A DNA stretch of 32,000 nucleotides from assembly GCA_036156195.1 (NCBI GenBank), contig JAYZUZ010000019.1, positions 82,680 to 114,679 on the forward strand, read 5' to 3'. The position numbers and the translations under genes are program-made. The stretch comes from Pseudomonadota bacterium (lineage in GTDB: Bacteria; Pseudomonadota; Gammaproteobacteria; Nevskiales; OUC007). Below the pieces are notes generated by a model. The model made no database searches. It was not told where the DNA came from and worked only from the letters and a program-made list of their open reading frames with translations. Shown one piece after another: positions 1 through 8,523 of this stretch (the first letter of the stretch is position 1; every line of letters starts with the position of its first letter).

Positions 1-1522
1 CGGGGGAAAAACGTGCTTGTACATCGCGAGCGTCTCGCTGTCGTACGGGGAGCCCAAACCGGCCGAGCCGTTCTCGGCGGATGGACTGCCCGGCTGACAG
101 GCTGGAGAAGTCAGCGGCCATGAGTGGCGCATGGCGCCCCCGATCCCGGGCCAGCGGACGTCCGCGGAGGTCCCGTTCCCACTCGAGAGGTGACAGCCCA
201 ATACGAGGTGAGCGAACGATCACGTCTTCGGGCTGGACAACTTCCCCCGCCCGCTTGTCTCGCACGAGGTAGAGCCCCTTCTCAAGCGCGACTGCGTTGA
301 GCACCTCGCCTTGGGATACCGAGCGTGACGGACCGCTATCAGCTTCGATCGCTTCCGCTGCATCGTCAAGCTGCGCGCAGAGCAGCGCAAGTTCTTCGGG
401 CAGCAGCGAAGCGGAATGGTCCATGCCCTCCTGAGAGCGATCCAGCGTCAGATGTTTCTCAATGACCACGCACCCACGGCTCGCCGCGATGAGCGGAATA
501 TGCGTACCTCGCTCATGTCCGGAATAACCCACCAGACCACTGGGTGACAGACGGCGCAAGGTATCGACAAATGCCAGCTGTACATCGGAAAACGCGGTGG
601 GGTACGTTGAGTTGGTGTGTAGGAAGGTGCAATCGATATAGGCACGACGTAGTTGTGCAGCCACGTACTCAATGTCGACGGCCGTATTCATGCCAGTTGA
701 CATGAGCACCGGCACGTCCGCGTGGACGAGATCTCGATGCAGGATCAGGTTGGAGAAGTCGGCAGAAGCGATCTTGATGCCATCCGGCCTATACTCCAAG
801 AGCCAGCGCAAGCTGGGGGTGTCAAATGGGGTGCAGACAGCCGCCAAACCGAGTGAGCGTGCATAGTCCATTAGCTCGGCAATCTGGGCATGCGACAGAT
901 TGAAGCGCGCGAGCTGTCGAATGGTGTATGCCGTCGAGTAATCCGTAGCGCGAAGATATGCCTCGTCGAGGGACACGTAGAGTTCAGAAAGGCAGCGAGC
1001 CTGAAACTTGACCGCATTTGCGCCCGCAGCCGCGGCCGCATCAACCAACTTCCGTGCTGTATCCATCGAGCCGTTGTGATTGTTGCCAATCTCGGCGATG
1101 ACGAAGGGCCGGCTACCCGGGCGGTAGCGCTTTCCCGCGATCTCGAGACCAAGATCGCGCGTGCGTTCAAATACACGTGTGCATTGACCATGCTGGTCAA
1201 GCACCGGAATGACGTTGCCCAATTGCTTATCGAACTGCATCAGATGCTGGGCGTAGTCGTCCCCAATATGCAGTCGTTCGAACGAACCGTTCCACTTGAC
1301 GATCGCTTCTGGCGAAACATTGCCCGCAATGGCGCGGATGAGATCGCCTCGGCTACAACTCCCCACGCAGACACCGTCATCATTCGTGGCGAACACGGTG
1401 TTAACCTGAGCGTCCGAGAAACGGACTGCGACGTCCCGCACCGTAGCGGTCTGTGGCAAGAGAAACTGATCTGGTCGGGTTCGCAGACTCCAAGTCTGTC
1501 GAGTCGAACTGCCAATGGTCAT
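1..1522 (-). CDS. neuB: N-acetylneuraminate synthase (NeuB) family protein, partial (3' end off the window). N-terminal CBS-like region, NeuB catalytic barrel, SAF-like domain, and the start of a further C-terminal segment
   Basis: Manual reverse-strand translation from ATG at 1522 is open to the window edge. Motifs include DGVCVGSCSRGDLIRAIAG (CBS-like), RPFVIAEIGNNHNGSMDTARKLVDAAAAAGANAVKFQAR, VCTPFDTPSLRWLLEYRPDGIKIASADFSN, HTNSTYPT, VGYSGHERGTHIPLIAASRGCVVIEKHLTLDRSQEGMDHSASL, and VVQPEDVIVRSPRIGLSPLEW (SAF). It is absent from the ORF track because it runs off the edge. Confidence 0.92.
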   Translation of the reverse strand, partial: MTIGSSTRQTWSLRTRPDQFLLPQTATVRDVAVRFSDAQVNTVFATNDDGVCVGSCSRGDLIRAIAGNVSPEAIVKWNGSFERLHIGDDYAQHLMQFDKQLGNVIPVLDQHGQCTRVFERTRDLGLEIAGKRYRPGSRPFVIAEIGNNHNGSMDTARKLVDAAAAAGANAVKFQARCLSELYVSLDEAYLRATDYSTAYTIRQLARFNLSHAQIAELMDYARSLGLAAVCTPFDTPSLRWLLEYRPDGIKIASADFSNLILHRDLVHADVPVLMSTGMNTAVDIEYVAAQLRRAYIDCTFLHTNSTYPTAFSDVQLAFVDTLRRLSPSGLVGYSGHERGTHIPLIAASRGCVVIEKHLTLDRSQEGMDHSASLLPEELALLCAQLDDAAEAIEADSGPSRSVSQGEVLNAVALEKGLYLVRDKRAGEVVQPEDVIVRSPRIGLSPLEWERDLRGRPLARDRGRHAPLMAADFSSLSAGQSIRRERLGRFGLPVRQRDARDVQARFSP

Positions 1523-2961
1523 GCGCGAAGTCTCCCGTGCTGCCGATCAGACCGGGTCTGCTGCCAGGCTTTCAGCGCCGCGCGAATGTCTGTCTCTGAC
1601 TCTGCATACTGGCATTGCTGTCCGTCGATGTAATCCGCCAATCCCTCCCGGGCATTTGGATGGATAAACAGGCAACGCTTCCCGAGCTGCAGCGACTCCA
1701 CCCCCACCGTCGAAAATCCCGTAATGCAGAGCGAACTACGTGCGAGGACAGCCTCAATCGGCTCGGCTTCAGGCATCTGGACCACGAGGGACCCTTGGTA
1801 AGGGGCGTCCTCAAAGGTGCGTCGAATCAGCTCAGCAGAATCAGTATCCCGAGGATGCAGTCTGACAATCACCTCGGTCTCTGGATCGAGACAGCCAAGC
1901 GCCGGAATCAACGCCACATTGAAAGTGACGGGCCACTCTTGGAGCGCGATGAGAATCCGGCTTCCCTCACTAGGTTGATCCGCAACTGGATGGTGAGTCC
2001 TTAGGCGTTCCAGCCACAGGTTCCCTGTAACCCGCGCACAAAAACCGGCACTAGGGTAGAGAGACATCCACCGCGTCGCTCGCCGCTTCGCAACATCGTC
2101 CCACACGCGAAACTCTCGGGGTAACGTCGTGGCGGTGCTCAGATCAACGGGCATGTCCTGCAACGCGTACATCGGATGCTCATCATTTTGAATACCGTGC
2201 TGATACTCTGAGGGGGTACATCCACGCAGATGGGCCGATGCGGTCAACGCCATCGCGTCGACCGTGTAGTAAACAACGGACACAAGCTCACAGTCCGGTG
2301 CAAATCGGATGAACCAGCTATACAGCCGGCGCACCCCCCGCGCACGATCAAGGTGACGTTCGACTCGGCGGGAGAACTGACGTCGAGTCAAGCCAACGGG
2401 CAAGGCATGGAGTTCACCCAGAGCATCGGTGACAAGCTGCGCGGGCTCTCGTGATCCTCGCGAGAACACCGTCATCAATCGTTGTAGGAGCAACACCACC
2501 AAACTGATATTGATAATCGGTACGCCATCCGGCGACCGATAGAAAGCCGGACCCAGCCCGGTTTCGAGCATAAGCACACGACCATGTGACGCGGCCCAAT
2601 CACGAACAACGCTGTCTGCGTGTTTACTGACCGCGGAATCTCCTGATCGTCCGAACGCGCGGTGCGAGGCTGGCACTACCACGCAACGCGTCGGCTTCAT
2701 GCGCCGTAAGCGCAGCAAATTCGGCAAAAACAACAACAGCTGCCACGAACCGTATCGGAACAGCGCCACCAACGACCGTGGCTTCTTCCGCCCCCGGCGC
2801 CGCAGGTGCTCAAAAAGAAAGACTCGCACGGCTAGGTGCAGGTCAGCTTCCAGATACCCACGCCGGACAAGCGCACAGAGCACCTCGGAAATCGTGGCGC
2901 GCAACTGTGCTCCGGATACCATTCGTCCTTCAGTGCCTACGCTTTGAAATAGCCACGTCAC
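1519..2961 (-). CDS. Putative GT-B-fold glycosyltransferase / surface polysaccharide biosynthesis protein (480 aa, function not assigned)
   Basis: Long ORF starting with GTG at 2961; an in-frame ATG at 2922 is an alternative. It overlaps both neighbours by 4 nt. Motifs EYQHGIQNDEHPMY, VIVRLHPRD and CITGFSTVGVESLQLGKRCLFIHP resemble those of capsule/CDP-glycerol/sialyltransferase-like GT-B enzymes. Confidence 0.6.
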   Translation of the reverse strand: MTWLFQSVGTEGRMVSGAQLRATISEVLCALVRRGYLEADLHLAVRVFLFEHLRRRGRKKPRSLVALFRYGSWQLLLFLPNLLRLRRMKPTRCVVVPASHRAFGRSGDSAVSKHADSVVRDWAASHGRVLMLETGLGPAFYRSPDGVPIINISLVVLLLQRLMTVFSRGSREPAQLVTDALGELHALPVGLTRRQFSRRVERHLDRARGVRRLYSWFIRFAPDCELVSVVYYTVDAMALTASAHLRGCTPSEYQHGIQNDEHPMYALQDMPVDLSTATTLPREFRVWDDVAKRRATRWMSLYPSAGFCARVTGNLWLERLRTHHPVADQPSEGSRILIALQEWPVTFNVALIPALGCLDPETEVIVRLHPRDTDSAELIRRTFEDAPYQGSLVVQMPEAEPIEAVLARSSLCITGFSTVGVESLQLGKRCLFIHPNAREGLADYIDGQQCQYAESETDIRAALKAWQQTRSDRQHGRLRA

Positions 2962-3992
2962 GATGCGAAGGCTGTTAGTGATCGATAAATGGTGTCGGTC
3001 ACGTCGCAGGTGTCTTCAAGCAAGCGAAGCCGCCGCAGCTGGGCCTCTTTAGGTACGAGCGCCAACACTTTTTCAATCCCTCGGCTGACTGCTGCCGGAT
3101 CCGTGGACCCAACAACCCTTACGAGACCGTAGCGCCTCTCGATGTCATCCAGATAACCGCGTGAAACTTGAGCTGCGTAGAGAGCCGGCACCCCAAGAAC
3201 CGCGCTCTCTGACGCAAGCGTTGCGCTCTCGCCGATGCAAGCTCGGCAGAACGCCAACAGATGGTGCAGATGCTCCGGGCGGCCTTGGTAAACCCGGTCG
3301 GCCAAATCTGAAGGCAACGGGGATTCGGTAGATATGATGACCCGGCCCTTGCGCTCCAGCAGTGCCACGACGGTCCGCAGCGTCGATTCCGACCAGCCTG
3401 CTTCGCCCACATCGTGATTCGCCTGCCAGGAAACGACTCGCACCAGAAATGTGTCGCCCTCTGCTGCCAGCCCACAGCGTGACTGAGCAATCTCGTGGCT
3501 CGGCTCAAAGTATTCAGGCCGCAAGTATGCGAGTTCGTGGTAGCCGCGATAACGCACGGTCCGGCGGGACGGCGTCCAAGCTGTGTAGCAATCCGGCACA
3601 TAAAGCCGCGTTGCAGCCGGGTAGGTCAGGCTGTTCTGCAGCGTCGCGTGCTCGGTGTCATAAAAAATCACGGATGGGCGACGACATAGAACCCCCGCAT
3701 GTGCAGCGAAGATCCCCCCTACGCCGGTGAGTAGGTCCGGCTTCTCTGCCCGGACAAAGGACACGAGAGCACGCAATCGACTGAGATACTCCCAGCCCAT
3801 ACCATGTAGTCGCCCATCGTTCTGTCTGGAAAGACAACAATGGTCCGCGCCAATGGCATCCAAGAGCTCAACTGCACAGTCTTTTTCTCTGCTCGTGACC
3901 AGAACCTGGTGCCCTGCTTCGATCAGTCGTTGACAGACGTGCCGATAGAAATGAACGTGCGCGGGGTGGCCTATATCAACGAGGACTTTCAA
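2958..3992 (-). CDS. DUF354-family protein (predicted GT-B-like glycosyltransferase / NDP-sugar epimerase-like fold)
   Basis: ORF track gives 2958..4025, but the conserved N-terminus (L/M)KVLVDIGHPAHVHFYRHV begins at a TTG (3992-3990) preceded by a perfect AAGGAGG (rc of 3998-4004). GHPAHVHFY, TGVGGIFAAHAGVLCRRPSVIFYDTEHA and ESATLASESAVLGVPALY are typical of DUF354. Confidence 0.75.
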   Translation of the reverse strand: MKVLVDIGHPAHVHFYRHVCQRLIEAGHQVLVTSREKDCAVELLDAIGADHCCLSRQNDGRLHGMGWEYLSRLRALVSFVRAEKPDLLTGVGGIFAAHAGVLCRRPSVIFYDTEHATLQNSLTYPAATRLYVPDCYTAWTPSRRTVRYRGYHELAYLRPEYFEPSHEIAQSRCGLAAEGDTFLVRVVSWQANHDVGEAGWSESTLRTVVALLERKGRVIISTESPLPSDLADRVYQGRPEHLHHLLAFCRACIGESATLASESAVLGVPALYAAQVSRGYLDDIERRYGLVRVVGSTDPAAVSRGIEKVLALVPKEAQLRRLRLLEDTCDVTDTIYRSLTAFAS

Positions 3993-4028
3993 CCCCGCCT
4001 CCTTGCACGTGGGCGTACCCCACATCGC

Positions 4029-5303
4029 TCATAAGCGTTCAACACAGTCCGCATTACTGTCCTCATCCGACAGCGTGCCTGGAACATCAAAAACGACGCC
4101 TCCTGGGTGGGACCAAGCCTTCACACATCGAAGATCGACGGCCGCGAACGCCTCGTGGCCTACCGCAATAAGAGTTCCTGCAATATCAGAAAGCTGCTCC
4201 AACGGGAGCACGCGAATTCCGTGCTCCTGCAGCAATTTTTGTGGATCAACCACGGGATCCACCACCAGGGGCTCTATCCCGTATTGCCTCAGTTCTTCAA
4301 TGAGATCGAACACCCGAGAGTTGCGTGTGTCCGGGCAGTTCGCCTTGAACGAGAGCCCCAACACCGCGACACGTGCGCCTTGGACAACGAATCCCGCTCG
4401 AATGAGTTGTTTTACAAGACGAGAGGCGACGTATTGTCCGAACGTATCGTTAATTCGACGACCAGCCAAGATAACTTCGGGGTGATAGCCAACCGTTTCG
4501 GCCTTATACGTCAAGTAATATGGGTCTACACCGATGCAATGCCCCCCAACCAGACCAGGTCGGAAGGGCAAGAAATTCCATTTGGTACCGGCCGTTTCAA
4601 GCACGTCCAGCGTGTCGATTCCGAGGCGATGGAATATGATCGCAAGTTCGTTCATCAGAGCGATATTAAGATCACGCTGCGTGTTCTCGATCACCTTCGC
4701 CGCTTCCGCCACTCGGATAGATTTCGCTCTGTAAATTCCAGCCTCGACAACCCGTTCGTACAAGGCTGCCACCCTTTCCAAGGTTTCCGCATCTTCCGCA
4801 GACACAACTTTCACAGTCGTTCGCAGCGAGTGCTCACGGTCTCCGGGATTAATGCGTTCCGGAGAGTATGCGAGCTTGAAATCCACACCTCTCTTAAGAC
4901 CGGAGGCTTGCTCGAGCAACGGTGCCAAAACCTCATCCGTCAGACCGGGATACACCGTGGATTCCAGTACGACGATCACGCCCTTTTTTAGATTCTTGCC
5001 AACGCTTCTGGCCGCGCTCGTCAGTGGGCTCAAATCTGGCTGACGCGCGTCGGTCACAGGTGTTGGCACGGTAATGATGACGATATCCGCTTCGCAGATT
5101 TGCGCGGGGTCGCCTGTGAACTCAGCATGCGCTGCAGAATTAAACGCGCTTGGTGGAGACTCCCCCGTCGGATCCGACCCCGCCTTCAGAGCCAGAATCC
5201 GCTGTTGATCGGTATCGATCCCAATGGTCCGCGTCAGCTGACCGAACGCAAGTGCCAGCGGCAGGCCAACGTAGCCAAGGCCAACTACAGCAATGGTTTC
5301 CAA
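4029..5303 (-). CDS. tviB: Nucleotide sugar dehydrogenase, TviB/WbpO type (UDP-N-acetyl-D-glucosamine/galactosamine 6-dehydrogenase)
   Basis: ETIAVVGLGYVGLPLALAFG (Rossmann), VIITVPTPVTDARQPDLSPL, VVLESTVYPGLTDE, AYSPERINPGDREH, VAEAAKVIENTQRDLNIALMNELAIIFHRLGIDT, GTKWNFLPFRPGLVGGHCIGVDPYYLTYKA. Start codon is TTG with an upstream GGGGGAAGG. Confidence 0.93.
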   Translation of the reverse strand: METIAVVGLGYVGLPLALAFGQLTRTIGIDTDQQRILALKAGSDPTGESPPSAFNSAAHAEFTGDPAQICEADIVIITVPTPVTDARQPDLSPLTSAARSVGKNLKKGVIVVLESTVYPGLTDEVLAPLLEQASGLKRGVDFKLAYSPERINPGDREHSLRTTVKVVSAEDAETLERVAALYERVVEAGIYRAKSIRVAEAAKVIENTQRDLNIALMNELAIIFHRLGIDTLDVLETAGTKWNFLPFRPGLVGGHCIGVDPYYLTYKAETVGYHPEVILAGRRINDTFGQYVASRLVKQLIRAGFVVQGARVAVLGLSFKANCPDTRNSRVFDLIEELRQYGIEPLVVDPVVDPQKLLQEHGIRVLPLEQLSDIAGTLIAVGHEAFAAVDLRCVKAWSHPGGVVFDVPGTLSDEDSNADCVERL

Positions 5304-5350
5304 ATTGCCTTCCCCCGTGCAGGCACGCGATGTTCACGCGCCCCAGAAAC

Positions 5351-5378
5351 GACATCGGGCGCCGAAGCGCCCGATGTC
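5351..5378 (-). terminator. Perfect 12-bp stem with UUCG tetraloop downstream of rplQ; probable terminator or RNA 3' boundary of the alpha operon
   Basis: + strand gacatcgggcgc-cgaa-gcgcccgatgtc; minus-strand RNA reads GACAUCGGGCGC-UUCG-GCGCCCGAUGUC followed by only a short GUUUCU run. Confidence 0.65.
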
Positions 5379-5401
5379 ATTATGCCTTGTTACGCCCCGA
5401 C

Positions 5402-5791
5402 TTAGGAGGCGTCGGCTTCGTTGTCGGTGCCGACCGGACGGTCCACAAGCTCAACGTACGCCATGGGCGCATTGTCACCAGGACGGAATCCACACTTGAG
5501 GATCCGGATATAGCCACCCGGACGCTCCTTGTAGCGCGGACCGAGATCGGTGAACAGCTTGCCGACGGTCTTCTTGTCACGCAGACGGTCGAAAGTGATC
5601 CGGCGATTGTGCACGGAGTCTTCCTTGGCGCGCGTGATCAGCGGTTCAGCGAAACGACGCAGTTCCTTGGCCTTCGGCAAGGTGGTGCGAATCATTTCGT
5701 GCTCGAAAAGCGAGTTGGCCAGGTTCTGCATCATCGACTTGCGATGACCCTGCTCACGTCCGAAATTGGTTCCAGCGTTACGATGCCGCAT
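5402..5791 (-). CDS. rplQ: 50S ribosomal protein L17
   Basis: [46 protein letters not shown]. Confidence 0.98.
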   Translation of the reverse strand: MRHRNAGTNFGREQGHRKSMMQNLANSLFEHEMIRTTLPKAKELRRFAEPLITRAKEDSVHNRRITFDRLRDKKTVGKLFTDLGPRYKERPGGYIRILKCGFRPGDNAPMAYVELVDRPVGTDNEADAS

Positions 5792-5819
5792 GGCTCTCTA
5801 TCTCCAGTCCCGGCCTGAT

Positions 5820-6815
5820 TTAGGCCGATTCGCCGGCGCCGACTTTCGGAGGCGTCCAGCTGTCCAGTTCCATACCCAGACCCAGGCCGTGGCTTTCCAG
5901 CACTTCCTTGATCTCGTTCAGTGATTTCTTGCCAAGATTCGGCGTCTTCATCAGCTCTGTCTCGGTGCGCTGCACGAGATCTCCAATGAAGTACACGTTC
6001 TCCGCCTTCAGGCAGTTAGCCGAACGGACGGTGAGGTCTAGTTCGTCAATTGGCTTCAGAAGCATCGGATTGATGACTTCCTGAGGCTCTTCCACCGTGG
6101 CTGCTGCTTCAGCATCCAGGTCAACGAATACAGCAACCTGATCCCGGAGAATCTGAGCAGCTGTTTGCACCGCATCGCCAGCGTCCACGCTACCGTTGGT
6201 TTCGATATCGAGAATCAGCTTGTCGAGGTCGGTGCGCTGTTCAACACGGGCGCGCTCAACTGCGTAGCTGACACGACGAACCGGTGAGAACGAAGCGTCT
6301 AGTCGCAGACGACCCACACCGGAGCCTTCTTCCTCGCTGACTTTGGCAACGCTTGCGGCCGGCTGGTAGCCACGACCGGACGCAATCTTGAGGACCATCG
6401 AGAGCTTGCCGCCGGTCAGGTTCGCAATCACATGATCCGGATTCACGATTTCGACATCATGATCAATCGTGATGTCACCTGCCGTAACCACACCGTCGCC
6501 GTCCTTGGAAAGACGGAGCTCAGCCGTCTCGCGTGCGTTCAAGCGCACTGCGACACCCTTGAGGTTCAGCAGGATGTCCATGACATCTTCCTGAACACCC
6601 TCGATGGTGGTGTACTCGTGCAGCACGCCTTCAATTTCCGCTTCCACGATCGCCGCGCCGGGGATCGAAGACAACAGGATGCGGCGCAGCGCATTACCCA
6701 GCGTGTGGCCGTAGCCACGCTCCAGCGGCTCGATGGCCACGCGGGCGCGCGTGTCAGAAACCTGATCGACGTCAACGCGACGAGGTTTCAGCAAGTCTTT
6801 TGAGGGACCGGTCAT
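5820..6815 (-). CDS. rpoA: DNA-directed RNA polymerase subunit alpha
   Basis: 331 aa; [32 protein letters not shown] and C-terminal domain [42 protein letters not shown]. Confidence 0.99.
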   Translation of the reverse strand: MTGPSKDLLKPRRVDVDQVSDTRARVAIEPLERGYGHTLGNALRRILLSSIPGAAIVEAEIEGVLHEYTTIEGVQEDVMDILLNLKGVAVRLNARETAELRLSKDGDGVVTAGDITIDHDVEIVNPDHVIANLTGGKLSMVLKIASGRGYQPAASVAKVSEEEGSGVGRLRLDASFSPVRRVSYAVERARVEQRTDLDKLILDIETNGSVDAGDAVQTAAQILRDQVAVFVDLDAEAAATVEEPQEVINPMLLKPIDELDLTVRSANCLKAENVYFIGDLVQRTETELMKTPNLGKKSLNEIKEVLESHGLGLGMELDSWTPPKVGAGESA

Positions 6816-6906
6816 AGGTAACGTACCTCACTAACCAACACAAAGCGGGCCCGAGGGCCCGACTATGGGGCGCGGCGTCATGACCTGACGCCGACACCAA
6901 GATGTA

Positions 6907-7527
6907 TTACTTCGAGTAGAGCTCGACGACGAGATTCTCGTTGATATCCGGCAGGATCTGATCACGATCCGGACGCGTTTTAAACGTGCCGGTGAGCTTC
7001 TTGTCATCGACTTCCATCCACTCGGGGAAACCGAGCTGAGAAGCGACTTCAAGTGCTGCCTGAATCCGTGTCTGCTTGCGAGCCTTCTCACGAATCTCCA
7101 CCACATCGCCAGGGCTGACCTGGAAAGAGGGGATGTTCACGACCTGGCCGTTCACGACGATGCACTTGTGGTTCACAAGCTGGCGCGCTTCGGCGCGGGT
7201 CGAACCAAAGCCCATGCGATACACAACATTATCCAGACGGCATTCGAGCATCTGGAGCAGCAGCAGGCCGGTCGAACCCTTTTGGGACGCTGCCTTCTTG
7301 TAGTAGTTGCGGAACTGACGCTCCAGCACACCGTACATGTGCTTCAACTTCTGCTTTTCGTGCAGCTGCAGCGCATAGTCCGACAAACGCTGCCGGCGGC
7401 TACCATGCATGCCAGGCGGCGTATCAATGCGGCACTTGGTTTCAATCGAGCGTCCGCGTCCTTTCAGGAACAAATCCGTTCCGGAACGACGCGACTGCTT
7501 GCACTTGGGTCCTGTGTACTTCGCCAT
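6907..7527 (-). CDS. rpsD: 30S ribosomal protein S4
   Basis: 206 aa; [23 protein letters not shown]; [31 protein letters not shown]. Confidence 0.99.
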   Translation of the reverse strand: MAKYTGPKCKQSRRSGTDLFLKGRGRSIETKCRIDTPPGMHGSRRQRLSDYALQLHEKQKLKHMYGVLERQFRNYYKKAASQKGSTGLLLLQMLECRLDNVVYRMGFGSTRAEARQLVNHKCIVVNGQVVNIPSFQVSPGDVVEIREKARKQTRIQAALEVASQLGFPEWMEVDDKKLTGTFKTRPDRDQILPDINENLVVELYSK

Positions 7528-7530
7528 GTC

Positions 7531-7920
7531 TTAAACCCGACGCTTCTTCGGAGGACGGCAGCCGTTATGCGGAATCGGCGTGACGTCTGCGATATTGGTG
7601 ATGCGGAAGCCGACATTGTTCAACGCGCGAACAGCCGACTCACGACCCGGGCCTGGGCCCTTGACACGAACTTCGAGGTTTTTCACCCCGTGCTCCGCGG
7701 CGGCATTGCCAGCCTTCTCTGCTGCGATCTGCGCGGCAAACGGCGTGGACTTACGGGAGCCCTTAAAACCGCTACCACCGGCAGTCGCCCAGGACAACGC
7801 ATTGCCCTGACGATCGGTGATCGTGATGATGGTGTTGTTGAACGTTGCGTGGACGTGCGCGATGCCGTCAGCAATGTTCTTTTTGACCCGCTTCCGCGGA
7901 CGCGCTTGAGCCTTGGCCAT
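7531..7920 (-). CDS. rpsK: 30S ribosomal protein S11
   Basis: 129 aa; [43 protein letters not shown]. Confidence 0.99.
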   Translation of the reverse strand: MAKAQARPRKRVKKNIADGIAHVHATFNNTIITITDRQGNALSWATAGGSGFKGSRKSTPFAAQIAAEKAGNAAAEHGVKNLEVRVKGPGPGRESAVRALNNVGFRITNIADVTPIPHNGCRPPKKRRV

Positions 7921-7931
7921 GTCTGACTAAC

Positions 7932-8288
7932 CTACTTACGAATCGGACGACGCGGGCCCTTCCGGGTGCGTGCGTTGGTACGAGTGCGCTGACCATGAAC
8001 CGGCAGGCCGCGACGATGGCGAATCCCGCGATAGCAACCCAGATCCATCAAGCGCTTGATGTTCATGCTGATCTCACGACGGAGATCACCTTCCACCGTG
8101 AACTTGGCAACGGCCGCACGCAGCCCATCGATCTCCGGCTCAGCCAATTCCTTGACCTTGACGTCCGGCGCTACACCGGCCTCGTCACAAATCGCTTTAG
8201 CGCGAGTCGGGCCAATGCCATAAATGGCCTGCAGTGCGATCACTGCATGCTTGTTGGCTGGTACGTTGACGCCTGCAATACGCGCCAT
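7932..8288 (-). CDS. rpsM: 30S ribosomal protein S13
   Basis: 118 aa; [26 protein letters not shown]; [31 protein letters not shown]. Confidence 0.99.
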   Translation of the reverse strand: MARIAGVNVPANKHAVIALQAIYGIGPTRAKAICDEAGVAPDVKVKELAEPEIDGLRAAVAKFTVEGDLRREISMNIKRLMDLGCYRGIRHRRGLPVHGQRTRTNARTRKGPRRPIRK

Positions 8289-8394
8289 GCTCTAACTCCT
8301 GTGAACTGCCTGCGCGGCCCGAAAAAGGCGCGCGAATTTACCGAAAATATCGACTGATGACAAGGTGCAGCTGATTGGCGGCACCTGACATCGA

Positions 8395-8508
8395 TCAACC
8401 CTGACGCTGCTTATGCCGCGGGTCCGTGCAGATCACGCGCACGGTACCGTGCCGACGAATGATCTTGCAGTTGCGGCAGATCTTCTTAACAGACGCTCGA
8501 ACTTTCAT
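8395..8508 (-). CDS. rpmJ: 50S ribosomal protein L36
   Basis: Not in the supplied track (short). Manual translation [37 protein letters not shown], the zinc-binding C/C/C/H form. Confidence 0.97.
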   Translation of the reverse strand: MKVRASVKKICRNCKIIRRHGTVRVICTDPRHKQRQG

Positions 8509-8523
8509 GCGTCGATCCTCTTG

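Noticed and set aside
890-1633. 247 aa plus-strand ORF
   Set aside because: Opposite the NeuB-type gene, whose motifs (EIGNNHNG, EKHLTLDRSQEGMDHS) clearly identify the minus strand as coding.
8289-8394. GC-rich partial inverted repeat between rpsM and rpmJ (gcgcggcccgaaaaaggcgcgcg)
   Set aside because: Pairing is imperfect and there is no clear U tract on the minus strand, so I do not call it a terminator.
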